64,000 nt of DNA, taken from assembly GCA_028534125.1 (NCBI GenBank), contig CM052832.1, forward strand, positions 18,540,001 through 18,604,000. The letters run 5' to 3'. Below, piece by piece: positions 13,480 through 27,100 of this stretch (its first letter is position 1; each line of letters begins with the position of its first letter). Position numbers and translations under genes: made by a program. Origin of the DNA: Lama glama (Eukaryota). The notes beneath the pieces were generated by a model that ran no database searches, had not been told where the DNA came from, and worked only from the letters and a program-made list of their open reading frames with translations.

Positions 13480-15350
13480 ACCACTCTATCTTGATTACTG
13501 TTGCTTTGTAGAAAGCTTTGAAGTGTGAGTTCTCCAACTTTATTCTTCTTTTTCAAGACTGTTTTGGCTATTGTGGGTCCCTTGAAAATCTATATTAATT
13601 TTAGAATCAGTTTGTCAATTTCCATAGAGAAATCAGCTGGGAATTCTAACAGACATTACATTGAATCTGTGGATCAGTTTCAGGAGTTTTGCCAGTTTAA
13701 CAGTATTAAGTCTTCCAATCCATGAACATTGGACTTTTTCACTCATTTAAATCTTCTTTAATTTCTTTCAACAATGTTTTTTATTTTTCAGAGTATAAAT
13801 CTTACATTTCTTTTGTTAAATATATTCCTAAGTATTTTATTCTTTTTTATGCAACTTCTTTTATCAATTCTTATTTTTATTTTATTTATTTATTTTTATT
13901 TATATTTTATTGAAGTATAGTCAGTTACCATGTATCAATTTCTGGTGTACAGCATAATGTCCCAGTCATGCATATATATACATGTATTCATTTTCATATT
14001 CTTTTTCATTAAAGGTTATTACAAGATGTTGAATATAGTTCCCTGTACTACACAGAAGAAATTTGTTTTTTATCTATTTTTATATATAGTGGTTAACATT
14101 TGCAAATCTCAAACTGCCAAATTTATCCCTTACCACCCCCTTTACCCTGGTAACCATAAGATTGTTTACTATGTCTGCAAGTCTGTTCTTTTGTAGATTA
14201 GTTATTAGTGTTCTCTTTTTTCTTTTCTTTAGATTCCACATAAGAGGGATAGCATATGATATTTTTCTTTCTCTTTCTGGCTTGCTTCACTTAGAATGAC
14301 AATCTCCAGGTCCATCTATGTTGCTGCAAATGACATTATTTTATTCTTTTTTATCACTAAGTAGAACATTCCCTCACACCATACACAAATATAAACTCAA
14401 AATGGCTTAAAGACTTAAACATAAGACAAGACTCTATAAACCTCCTAGAAGAAAACATAGGCAAAACATTCTCTGACGTAAATCTTAGCAATGTTCTCCT
14501 AGGGCAGTCTACCCAGGCAATAGAAATAAAAGCAAAAATAAACAAGTGGGACCTTATAAATCTTATAAGCTTTTGCACAGCAAAGGAAACGATAAGCAAA
14601 ACAAAATGACAACCTACGAAATGAGGGAAAATATTTGCAAATGATGCGATTGACAAGGGCTTAATTTCCAGAATATATAAACAGCTCATTAATAACTTAA
14701 TAACAACGACAGCAAAAAACAAACAACCCAATCCAAAAATGGGCAGAAGACCTAAAGTAGCAGTTCTCCAATGAAGACATACAAATGGCCAATAGGCACA
14801 TGAGAAAAATGTTCAATATCACTAATTATCAGAAAAATGCAAATCAAAACTACACCCCTCACATCAGTAAGAATGGCCATCGTTCAAAAGTCCACAGACA
14901 ATAAATGCTGGAGAGGGTGTGGAGAAAAGGGAACCCTCCTTCACTGCTGGTGGGAATGTAGTTTTGGTGCAGCCATTATGGAAAACAGTATGGAGATTCC
15001 TCAAAAAAACTAAAAATAGACTTACCATATGATCCAGCAATCCCACTCCTGGGCATATATCCAGAGGGAACTCTAATTTGAAAAGATACATGCACCCTAA
15101 TATTCATAGCAGCACTATTTACAATAACCAAAATGTGAAAGCAACCTAATGTCCATCGATAGATGACTGGATAAAGAAGTTGTGGTATATTTTTAATGCA
15201 ACTTTAAATGAAATTAGTTTGATTTTTGAATTATTCATTGCAAATATATAGAAATATGACTTATTTATATTGATCTTGTATCCTGAAACCTTGCTAAGCT
15301 CATTTATTAGTTCCAATAGTTCTTCTAGTGAATTCCTTACATCTTCTACT
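13480..15350 (-). mobile_element. Older antisense L1 ORF2 fragment interrupted by the younger inverted L1
   Basis: The older element stops at ...TTCCTAAGTATTTTATTCTTTTT (13848) and resumes at AAATGAAATTAG...TTGATCTTGTATCCTGAAACCTTGCTAAG (15206 onward). Confidence 0.75.
13858..15190. mobile_element. 5'-inverted (twin-primed) L1 insertion
   Basis: Minus-strand 3' end with T-rich tail (13858 to about 14364) joined to a plus-strand ORF2 3' segment (about 14365-15190). Flanking near-direct repeats TTTTTATGCAACTT (13844-13857) and TTTTAATGCAACTT (15191-15204). Confidence 0.85.
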
Positions 15351-15409
15351 GATTTCCAGATAAAGATCAATACACCTCTCCAGTCCCACAGTGCTCTGTG
15401 TGCTCTTAT

Positions 15410-16090
15410 AGGGAAGGAAAAAGTTTTGCCTGTTCCTCTTAGGGTCTCTGGTTGGATCTGAAAATTAAANNNNNNNNNNNNNNNNNNNNNNNNNNNNNNN
15501 NNNNNNNNNNNNNNNNNNNNNNNNNNNNNNNNNNNNNNNNNNNNNNNNNNNNNNNNNNNNNNNNNNNNNNNNNNNNNNNNNNNNNNNNNNNNNNNNNNNN
15601 NNNNNNNNNNNNNNNNNNNNNNNNNNNNNNNNNNNNNNNNNNNNNNNNNNNNNNNNNNNNNNNNNNNNNNNNNNNNNNNNNNNNNNNNNNNNNNNNNNNN
15701 NNNNNNNNNNNNNNNNNNNNNNNNNNNNNNNNNNNNNNNNNNNNNNNNNNNNNNNNNNNNNNNNNNNNNNNNNNNNNNNNNNNNNNNNNNNNNNNNNNNN
15801 NNNNNNNNNNNNNNNNNNNNNNNNNNNNNNNNNNNNNNNNNNNNNNNNNNNNNNNNNNNNNNNNNNNNNNNNNNNNNNNNNNNNNNNNNNNNNNNNNNNN
15901 NNNNNNNNNNNNNNNNNNNNNNNNNNNNNNNNNNNNNNNNNNNNNNNNNNNNNNNNNNNNNNNNNNNNNGGGACAGAGATCAGTGGGGCCTTCCTGCTTC
16001 TGCTGTTTTTTTAAAAAACTCCTTTGGCTTAAGATCTCTAAATATTCCAAAGTGCCATATTTAGGGGTGGCGTGTCCTGAATGCCACTAC
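15410..16090 (-). mobile_element. ERV1/MER41-like solo LTR spanning a gap
   Basis: Left end resembles the copies at about 40128 and 52542. Right end CCAAAGTGCCATATTTAGGGGTGGCGTGTCCTGAA is typical of this LTR group. Confidence 0.6.
15470..15969. other. Assembly gap (500 N)
   Basis: Run of N. Confidence 1.
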
Positions 16091-16879
16091 TCTACATACT
16101 TCCACAGCCTCCTCACAAACCAGGCTTCCCTTAATCTCCGTACTCTGGTCATACTTGATTGCTCCCTCTTGCCACCAAACCTTTGCTTACTCTGTGCCCT
16201 CTCCTTAGAATGTTCTTTTCATCCATTTCCTGCATTAGTTAACTATCACCCTTCAGATTTCAGCTTATTGAAACTTCATAGTCGGGGCCCTCCATCACCC
16301 TCAGACTCGTGCATATGCCCTTATCATTCACACTCATAGCCTGGTGTCCTCATTATTTCATTCCATAGCCACTGCATGTTCACTTGTGTGGCACTTTGAT
16401 TAAAAGTCATCCACCCTCCTGAGATGTTGAGCTCCCTAAAGCTATGTCTGGCTTTAGTCTCTGCCATGCCCCATGCTATATGTTCATTAATGTTTATTTA
16501 CTGCTCAGTGTTTTTGCTCCTTTTCATGGCCCTCATGCTGCTCACATGGGAGCTTAATGAAAGCAGATACACCATACACTCTCCAGACATTTGAAATGGG
16601 GTCAAGTCAGCATAGGTCTCACATGCATTTTTGGAAGACATGTTAGGTTAACAAAATGAATGCTGAATGAGAGCCACTGAAGGCAGGTGAGATTCTAATA
16701 GAGGAAGAAAGGAAGGGCATCTGAGATGGGAGTGGCAGCATGAACAAATGTTTGAGGGGTGACGGAGAAACTGGACAATGTCTGTTTACCAAGATGTAAG
16801 TTTTTACTTGCATGATTCTGGCTTCCTCTTTTTCTCTGGTGAGAAACTGCCCTCCAGCCTCTGATGCTTTTATCAGAAT

Positions 16880-17735
16880 AATTGAAGGAAAATTGTCTCT
16901 CTGCTCACAATACTTCTGACACCAGATGTATGGGTTCTCCACACCAAGCTGTTCTCCAGTTCTCTGTGGACCCCGACTGGCTGTCCTACAGTTTAATTCA
17001 ATTCTGACAGTAATTACCCAGACACCAATCAAAGTAGTGGGTGCCCAAGGTACCCATACTTCTGTTTGATTTAGCCTCAGAATTGGGGTTTCCTATAACC
17101 CCCTCATCAGGTTTGATAATTTGCTAGAATGACTCAGAACTCAAGAAAACTTACCCTACTATTACCAGTTTGCATAGGAAAGAGTGCAACCCAGGAACTG
17201 CCAAATGGAAGAGATGCACAGGGCAAGCCATGTGGGAAGAGAGGCAGGGCTTCCATGCCCTCTCTAGGGGCACCACTCTCCCAGCCCCTCCATGCACTCA
17301 TCAACCCAGAAGTTCTCAGAACCTCACTGTTTAGGGCAGAGGTTTTATTGTGTAGGCATAATTGATTAAGTCATTGGCCATTGAGGAACAACTAAATCTC
17401 TAGCCTGTTTCTGCTCCCTGGACGTGGGATGATGGAGCTGAAAGTTCCAGCCTTCTAATCACACCTTGGTCTTTTTGGCAGCCATCCCCCATCCTGAAGC
17501 TACCTAGAGCCCCCAGCCGCCAGTCATGTCCTAGTATACCAAAAAGACACTTTCATTCCTTCAGAGATTCCAAGGATCTTAGAAGTTCTTCTGTCAGGAG
17601 CAAGGGACTAAGACCAAATATTTTAACAAAAGATGCTCCTATCATCCCTGTCACTCAGGAAATTACAAAGGTTTTAGGAGCTCTGTGCCAGAAACTGGGG
17701 ATATAGACTAAATATATATTTCTTCTTATGTCATA
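16880..17735. mobile_element. MER21-like LTR just downstream of the SLC17A4 stop codon
   Basis: CTGCTCACAATACTTCTGACACCA...GTCCTACAGTTTAATTCAATTCTGACA...GGAAATTACAAAGGTTTTAGGAGCTCTGTGCCAGAAAC matches MER21 consensus text as I recall it. Confidence 0.75.
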
Positions 17736-18000
17736 ATAACAGTGAAAAGAGTAGAGAACACACAGAAATTCAGACACACTTATGCTTTCAGGAGCTCACA
17801 GTCAAATAATTAGCCTTCCTCTCCCCATCCCCCATAAACGCTCCAGGCAGAACATTCAGTATGACATAGCCAAGGCCTCTGAGAAGATAGTGGAAACAAA
17901 GTCAATTCAAGTTGAAAGGCTCATTATTTAAGCAGGCATGAAAGGGGAATGTCCACAAGAGCAAAGAGTGAACACCTAAGCACTGGTGTCTGGGGCATCA

Positions 18001-18144
18001 CTAGATTTGCTCACAAGTGGGTGAATGCCTTCTTTTAGCCCAGTCCTGCACCTCTGCTTGGGCAAAGATGAGGTAGAAAACCAGGCCTGATATGCCCACA
18101 ACAGCTGCAAGCAAGAAGACATTTCTCCAGCCAAACTCTGAATC
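18001..18144 (-). CDS. SLC17A4: SLC17A4 last coding exon: [47 protein letters not shown]
   Basis: ttccAG acceptor; TAG at 18003-18001. The ancestral FTHL* ending (TGA 18013-18011) lies in a shifted frame. Confidence 0.9.
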   Translation of the reverse strand, partial: DSEFGWRNVFLLAAVVGISGLVFYLIFAQAEVQDWAKRRHSPTCEQI

Positions 18145-21100
18145 CTGGAAGTAGGAAACTACAAGTTATTAACAGTCTCCTAGTTCTCGTTCTTCCTGGT
18201 TCAGAAAGGCTCGGCACTATGTCCTACTGCCCCCACCCCCAACTCTGCCCGTATTATGTCTCTGGTTGTTTCTGGAATATACAGGTAAATTTCTGGTGCC
18301 CTGGCCTTCCCCTCTGTTGGCATGTTCTTACTCCCTTGATAGCCATTTGTCTTGCCCATTTGCTTGCTTCCTGTCCTTGCTTAATGTTACTTTTTCAATA
18401 AGCCCTTCCTTGACCACCCTACTTAAAATGGAACTCCCGCCCCCTCTTATGTGCCCCGTTCTCCTCTCCTGCTTTATTCTTCTCTTAGCCCTTAACCATC
18501 ATTCAATGTACCATGTTTTTGTTTAGTTCATTAACTTTCTGTCAGTTCCTTTCTTACAATATCGACTTTACAAGGACAGGGATTTTTGTTTTATTCACTT
18601 AAATGGTGCATGGCACATGCTAATGTTCAGTGCGTATTTGTTGACTGAATGAAGAGATGAGTGAGTGAGTGAGTGAGTGATGAGGGAAACAAGGGCAGGT
18701 TGAGAATATCCATTTTAAACAGTCATTTCCTGACAGTGTGTTAGTCAGTGGCCAGAAGAGAACTGAAGCTTCAAAAAAAAAAAAAAAAGAAAGAAAGAAA
18801 GAAAGAAAGGACTTGATATCAAAAAGAATACCCTTTCTGTGTTACTTTCCATTCATTTTCCTGACTTGCTGGGGGAAACCACAGGAAATTGAAAGAATGA
18901 GTCCCAGGTGAATGTCATATACATCTTTCTTCATGTAAAGTCTGTATCAGTATGATTCTTAGGAAATGCTCGAGTTATCAGATGAATTTGTTTATTATGA
19001 CAACTTTAAATGTTTATCCCAGGTTGGAAGGCTGTAGGAATATAAAAACAGTATGCAATGCAAGCAATACTGGTTAGAGAAATTTCTGCACTAACCACTG
19101 ATGAGCATATATGTAAGGTGCAGGCTGCTTCTTCACTCTGTCATAAGCTTAGCGTCTCGCTCATTGGTTCTGTAAATATTTGTTGGGTTGCTACATAGGG
19201 TGACCAACTCTTTCTGAATTGCCTGGAATTTTCAGCGTTTTAGGATTGAAAGTCCCACATCCCAGGAAAAACCCTCAGTCCCAGGTAAACCAAAATGGTT
19301 GGCCATTCTATGTAAGAAATACCATGAATATTGCTAGAAAATTTGATGATTAGCATGAGAAATTCATCTTCTAAGAGCTCATAAAGCATAAACTCATACA
19401 ATTGACCATTCTCCCTCACTCCACATCCTAAGCATGTGATAATTTCTCTGCACAAGTTGAACCTAGGGTAAGAATGAGAGATGACCTTTCTAGGTAATTC
19501 TTGTGACTATCATACGCATCAGAAATTTGACCTTACCTGCTCAATGAGAAATCCAGCAACAGTGGGAGAGATGGCTCCTGCCATGTACGAAAATATTTGT
19601 GTTAGTCCCCTGAGTAAAGCACTGTACCTGGAGGGAGAGAGAAAGTGAGAGAAAAAAAATATTCCTGTGTAAGCAAGTGTTTAATCTCAGCTGATCTTTG
19701 CAACTCTTTGCTTATCTCTAAAGATTCCTGGAGGTGTGCTGACCCTTGGTCAACCCTGAGTGAAATGTACTGACTAGTGATTAATATAATCCAGTGCAGT
19801 TCTCTAGGACTTCTAAGGGGCAATCTACATTAACTTGTCAACATTCTTTATAAAAAATATACAGACTGGTGGTTGGCACCTAGTTTGTATGTTCTTTTGG
19901 CTTCTGCTCTAGAGCCTGATCTTTCAGCCTTGTTTTTAGGTATAAAAGTCTCCTCTTTGGATGAAACATTGGCTTCCCTGAGACCAAAGTATCTCGCATG
20001 TAACTTGGTGGTTCATTATCTGAAGATGAAATATGTCCTATTGACTACGAACAGTCTGTGGACAGTCCCTGGGAGCTACATTTGGAAGTCTTAGTCATCT
20101 CTGATATTTGTCTATATCAGAGGTAAATTTTTCTCCTGCTATCCTGTATCCTTTAGCTCTATTAAAGCCTTACATGAGAATGCCCTGTGAAGTTTCATGA
20201 GTCTTTTCGGTGACCCAGCCCTGTGTAACTGCTGCATTCCCCAACATAGATTGGTGTGACTCTCCCCTGGCTGAATTGTGAGTGTGGCCACTGACTCCTA
20301 TTTTCATCTGGAAAAACTAAGCTTACAGTGGTTGGCTAGCTTTGGGTCCCTTCCAGGAATTATTTGGATGTAGGGCTGGTAGTAACATTTCCTGTGACCC
20401 ATTGTATATATCACTCACATTTTATCCATATGTCAGAGCAGGTTTAGGGATGCTGGACCTGAACTGAGCTTCTGTGAGGATTAGGTAAAGGGATCCCTAC
20501 CGAGGAGCGATATCCAAGAAGTTGACAAAGGCTCCTGATTGGATGAGGCTTTTGATGACAGAAGACAGCATCAAGAAGACCATAGTGGTGCTGAAGCTGG
20601 ATCTGACCCAAAAAAGGGACACAGAGAGTGCAGCTGGAAAGAGAACCCCTGGGGCAGGAGGACAAACACAGAGTGAATAGGAAGCTGCCCTGTGCACCCC
20701 ATATCCACCCCTGTATCCACCTTGGTTCTTACCTATGGTGGTGAAGAGTTTCCTGATGGTAATGAGTTTGAGGATCTTTCTGGAGAGGAGAAAGTCTGCC
20801 AATAGACCTTCAAGGACAATGAAGATAGAGGCAGAAGCAAAGGGCAGTGCTGACAGGATCCCACTCTGAGAATGAGAATTGAGGTGAGGTACATGCCTCA
20901 CTAACCCCACCATGACACAGATTGATCCCTGGATTGACTGTCTACATCTATAGCGTTTCTTTTATACACATCACCTTTAATATAAATTCCAGTTACTGGA
21001 ATGAGCCAATATAATTTTAGTGCCTGAGGAAAAATATGCCTACAGTTCAGGTGGAAAAAAAATAGACTAACACTGTCTTCATATATAAAGATCATGTGGA

Positions 21101-24100
21101 AATCGATATTGAAAAGAACAAAACCCAGCAGAAAAATAGGATATGAATGGACAGTTTACAGCAAAAGAATAATAAGTGACAGCAATTTGGGACCCACTTT
21201 ACCTGAATAGTGTGGTGTTGGCCACCAAACCAAAGAGAAGCCCTGGTTCACAACTGGCTCTTGCTCTGACCCTTCTGCCTCCAGCCCTACCTCCTACCCC
21301 AGTGATAGCTGTCAGCACACCCTGGGGGAAGAGTAACTCATGCTCACACCAGATCCAGCTCTCCTACCAAAGATGCTGGGCCCATGCAGACTCTATAGGT
21401 ATGCTTCCACACAAGGATGCCCCTCCAAGATCAGGATAGGTAACTGTTTCACCTAATTTCATAGAGACAGAGACAGTTAAGCAAAATGAGGAGACAGAGG
21501 AATTTAATTCAAATGAAAGAACAAGAGAAAACCCCTGAAAAAAACAACTAATGAAAGAGAAATAATGTACCAGATAAGAGTTCAAAGTATTAATAAGAAT
21601 GCTAACTGAATTAAAGAAATGAATAGATGAACACAGAATTTTACAAGGAAGTAGAAAATATTAAAAAGAACCAGCCAGAACTGAGGAATACAATAACTGA
21701 AATGAAAAACACATTGAAAGGAATAGCAGGCTAAGTGATACAGAAGAATGCATATGTAATCTGGAAGAGAGAATAATGGAAATCATTCAATCAGAGCTGC
21801 AAAAAGAAAAACAAATTTTTTAAATGAGATGAGTTTAAGAGATCTCTAGGATAACATTAAGCAAACCATGATTCCCACCATAGGAGTCCCAAAAGGAAAA
21901 GAGAGAGATAAAAGGGTCAAAAATGTATTTGATAAAACTATGGCTAAAAAAGTTGCCAAATATGAAGAAGGAGGCAGATATCCAGGTACAGGAAGCACAG
22001 AGGGTCCCAAACAAGATGAACCCAGACTCACACAAAGACGTATCACAATTAAAACAGTGAAAGTTAAAGAGCATTATAAAGGCAGCAAGAGAAAAACAGT
22101 CACATATAAGGGAGCCTCCCTAAGACTATCAGCTGATTATTCTGTGGAAACTGCAGACCAGCAGGGAGTGGCATGATATATTTAGAGCACTGAAAGAGGA
22201 AAACCTGCAACCTAGGATGCTCTACTCAGCAAGATTATCATTTAGAATTGAAGGAGAGATAAAGAACTTCTCAGACAAGCAAAAAACTAAAAAAGTTAAT
22301 CAATACTAAATCTACACCCTAAAAATTTTAAAGAATCTTCTCACAGTGGAAAAGAAAAGGCTACAACAAGAAGAAAGACTCTATGGGAAAGGAAATCCTA
22401 CTAGTAAAGGAAAATAGATAGTAAAGCCTGTGGATCATTCACTTACATAGGCTAGCATGAAGATTAAAAGACCACAAATTGTAAAATCAACTGTAAATAA
22501 ACAGTAAAGGGATAAACATGAAGATGTAAAATATGACATCAAAAACACAAAATACAGAGGAGGGGAGTAAAAATGTGGATATTTTAGAACACGTTTCAGT
22601 TAAATGACTACCAGTTTAAAACAAGCAGATATAGGTAAACATACAGGAACCTCATGGTACCACAAATCAGAAACCTACAATAGATACAAAAAAAAAAAAA
22701 AAACAAGAGAGAAAGTAACACAAGCATACCAGTAAAAAAAAAAAAATCATCAAATCACAAGGGAATAAACTAAAAGAAAAAGAACAGAGAAGAACTATTT
22801 AAAACAACCAGTAAAAAAAAGTAACAAAATGGCAGTAAGTACATACCTATCAGTAATCACTTTAAATGTCAATGGACTGAATGCTCCAATCAAAAGACAC
22901 AGAGTGGCTAACTAGAATAAAAAACAAGCCCTATCTATATGCTGCTTACAAAGAATCACTTCAGAGCTAAAGATGTATACAGATTGAAAGTGAGAGGATA
23001 GGAAGATATTTCTTACAAATGGAAATGACAAAAAAGCAGAGGTAGCAATACTCATATGAAACAAAACAGACTTTAAAACAAAGTCTATAATAAAAAACAA
23101 AGAAGGGCATTATATAATGATAAAGGATCAATACAAAAAGATATAACACTCTTTAACACACATGCACCTAATATAAGCGGGCCTAAATATATTAAGCAAA
23201 TACTAAGACATAAAGAGAGAAATTGACAATAGTACAATAATAATAGGGGACTTTAACACTTCCCTTACATCAATGGACAGATCATTCAGACAGAAAATCA
23301 AGAAGGAAACAATGGTCTTAAATGACACAATAGACCAGTTGAACTTACAGGACATTCCATTCAAAAGCAGCAGAATACATATTCTTTTCAAGTGCACATA
23401 CAATGTTCTCCAGGATGAATCACATGCCAGGCTACAAAGCAAGTTTTAACAAACTTAAGAGGATAGAAATTATATCAAGCATTTTTTTCTGACCACAGTG
23501 GTATGAAACTAGAAATCAATTACAGGAAGAAAAATAGGAAAAACACAAACATGTGGCCACTAAAGAACATGCTGCTAAAAAAAAAAAAACCAATAGGTTA
23601 ATGAAGAAATCAAAGAGGAAATCAAAAATACCTTGAGACAAATGCAACTGGAAACACAGCACTCCAAAATCTATGGGATGCAACAAAAGCAGTTCTAAGA
23701 ACAAAGTTTATAGCAATACAGGCCTTCCTCAAGAAACAAGAAAAAGCTCAAATAAAATACCTAACCTACTACCTAAAGGAATTAGAAAAAGAACAAAGCC
23801 CAGAGTCAGCAGAAGGAAGGAAATACTGAAGATCAGAAAGGAAATAAAAGAGACCAAAAATAAAACAGAAAAACAATATAAAAGATCAATGAAATCAAGA
23901 AAGGATAAACATAATTGACAAACATTGAGCTAAGCTCAGTAAGAAGAAAAGAGAGAGGACCCAAACAAACAAAATAAGAAATGAAAGAGGAAAAATAACA
24001 CCCAATACCTCAGAGATACAAAAAAAAATCATATGAGAATACTGTGAACAGTTATATGCCAATAAATTGGACAACCTAGAAGAAATAGACACATTTTAGA

Positions 24101-27100
24101 AACATACATGGATTTAACCAGGAATAGACAATCAGAACAGACCAATCACTGGTAGCAAAATTGAATTTGTAATAAAAAAAAATAAACTCCCAGTAACAAA
24201 AGTCTAGGACTGAACAGCTTCACAGGAGAATTCTACCAAACATATAACGAGGGGCTAATACCTATCTTTCTCAAACTATTCCAAGAAAATTGAAGAGGAG
24301 GTAACATCTCAATTTCATTCCATGAGGCCACTATTACCCTGATACCAACACCAGACAAAGGCACTACAAAAAAAAGAAAATTATAGGCCAATATCTCTGA
24401 TGAACACAGAAGCAAATATTCTCACCAAAATGTTAGCAAACGAAATTCAACAGTATATCCGAAGCAAATGAAAACACTAATTGGAAAAGATACATTCACC
24501 CCAATGTTTATAGCTGCATTATTCACAATAACCAAGATATGGAAGCAACCTGTGTCCATCAGCAGATGAATGTATAGAAGTTGTATATGTATTTACAGTG
24601 GAATATTAATCTCAGCCACAAAAAAGAATGAAATTTTGCCATTTGCAACAATATAGATGGACCTAGAGGGTATTATGCTTAGTGAAATAAGTCAGTCAGA
24701 GAAAGATAATGTATGTTATCACATATATATGAAATCTAAAAAGTAAAACAAATGAATGAATATAACAAAACAGAAACAGATTCACAGATATAGAGAACAA
24801 AGTAGCAGTAACCAGTGGGGAGAGGAAAAAGAGGGGGCAAGATAGGGGCAGAAAATTAAGAGGCACTATGTATAAAACAAATAAGCTACAAGTATATATT
24901 GTACAACACAAGGAATATAACCAATATTTTACAATAACTTTAAAAATACTGAATCACTATGTTGTACCCCTGAAACTAATGTAATATTGTACATTAACTA
25001 TACTTCAATAAATATATATATAAATTTATATATTGCTTTTATCCCTGACTCAGATATATAGAAATTTACAGAAATAGTTGTGCAAATGTATGACAAATGA
25101 ACAAGGTTCTCACTGCAGCACTGCTGAATGATTGGAAACAACCCAAGTGTTGCTTAACAAGTTTCTCACGTACTGAAAGGAAAAGATCCCTATTGTACAG
25201 CGTATAAAAAATACCAACATATACAGTATATAATGTTTTGTGTAAAAAAATGAATAAAGAATATAATAAGAATATATGTTCATGTATACTTGTATTATCA
25301 TAAAGAAACAATGGAAGAATAATAAGAAATTAATGAAAAAATTTATCTGTGGAATGGACTGAGAAAACGGCGGATTAAAGACAGGAATGAGAGTAAGATT
25401 TTTCACTCTTTACCTTTTTATATAGTTTGTAAAGTGTTGATTCCTGTTATCAATTCAACTCCAAAACTAAAATGCTATTTAAAAAAATGCAAGGAAAGGA
25501 GACCATCCTTTGTTGTGTATAATCCGAACAGCATAAAGGATCTCACTGTCACTTGGTCCAAGCTGTTTATTTTATAGATGAGTAAACCATAAGATGTTCT
25601 TATAGGTCCCTTAAAACATATGACATTCTATGAATGTCAAGTTGACCTAAAGCCATACCACTCTGCCCCAATAAGCAGTAGGATACATTGAGGTGAATCA
25701 GAACTCAAGTAAATCAGGTTGTGTTTCCTACATAAAGATGCTGGGCCTAATCCCTGGTGACCATAGGAGAGAGAAAGGGTTATATATGAAGCAACAGGAG
25801 AACAGAATGAGTTTTCTCTATACTTACATCTCTGATGTTAGCTTGAAGTACAGAGTTGATGTATATTGGTGTGTACATCGTTATGAGAAAAAAATGCCAG
25901 TAATCAGTGAAATGAAAGATGAGAATGCTCCAAAGTGGTAGGGATTTGAGCATATCCTTAATAGGAAGAGACCAGCCTGGTGGAGAATCCTGGAAGAAAG
26001 CACATATCAATATCGCCTCCATCTGAAGACAAGAGCTTTCTTTACTGCACTCTTCACCTCTGAGGCATCCAGACAGACATAGGGAAATGGCAGAGGAGTT
26101 CTCCAGTTTACCTCTTGAGCCAGTGAAAAGATGATGTATTCCTTCTCACTAGTGCTGATAAATGGATGATTCACGGGGTCGTCATAAATGAGAAGAATCC
26201 AGAGAAAAGAACAGGCACAGCCAGTTCCACCTAGGGAAAGATCTACTTAGCACAGGATTGGAGTTCTACCAGTTTGACTCTGCCCTGAGATGTTTCCTGT
26301 GGTTGATAGAATGGCCCCAATACTCCGCTCCTCCCTGCATCTATCCCTTCATAGATCTATCATAGGTGGAGGATACTTCCTTGCCATTGACTTTGGCTTC
26401 TGCCGTGAAACTTACTTTTGCCAATGACATGGAGGAGTTCAGAGCCTAGACCTTAAGAAGCACTGTGTTTTTCCCCTTGTCCTCTCGATTCTTAGCCATC
26501 GACATAGGAAGAAAATGTTCTAGCTCACCCATTGTCCAAGGCAGATGAGAGACACAGGCAGAGGAGCTGCCCAGCTGTCCCCCAAAACGAAGAGACTAAG
26601 TGATTATTGTTTTAAATCACTGAGTTTGGGGAAGTTTTAAAATGTACCATTGTTAAGGCTGTATCTTAAATTCAAGTTATTAGTGTGTTTGACCCATGTG
26701 CTTGAAATGCTCTCACTGTCGAGATATCAGCCAGCATCCCTCATGTTGGTCATGCTTCTTCAAAGTTCCTGTCATCATTAAACTTTTTCTTATCCATCTC
26801 TAATACTTAAGAATTAGCAGCAATACATATGTGCAGCTGATTACTCAGTTTTTAAACATGGAATGAAATTAATCCTCAGCAAAGATATTTTCTCTAATAT
26901 ATACATGATTACAGTAGTGGACAACTCAACATTATTAGTATTAAGTGGAAATATGATTCATATAAAAATTCCCTTTTTAAACTCTTAAGAAAGTCTTGAA
27001 AGTTCTCTTCACTTGCTAGCTTGTCATTTATACATCCCTTCACAGATATAGAGCAGCCACCATACACAAGGCATTCTGCTAGATTTTGAGAATATGAGAA

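Noticed and set aside
15439..16339. Long ORFs of 203 and 295 aa
   Set aside because: Artefacts of translating through the 500-N gap.
20497..20913. 138-aa continuous ORF across two SLC17A4 exons
   Set aside because: The 84-nt intron is in frame and stop-free, but it has canonical splice sites and there is no evidence of retention.
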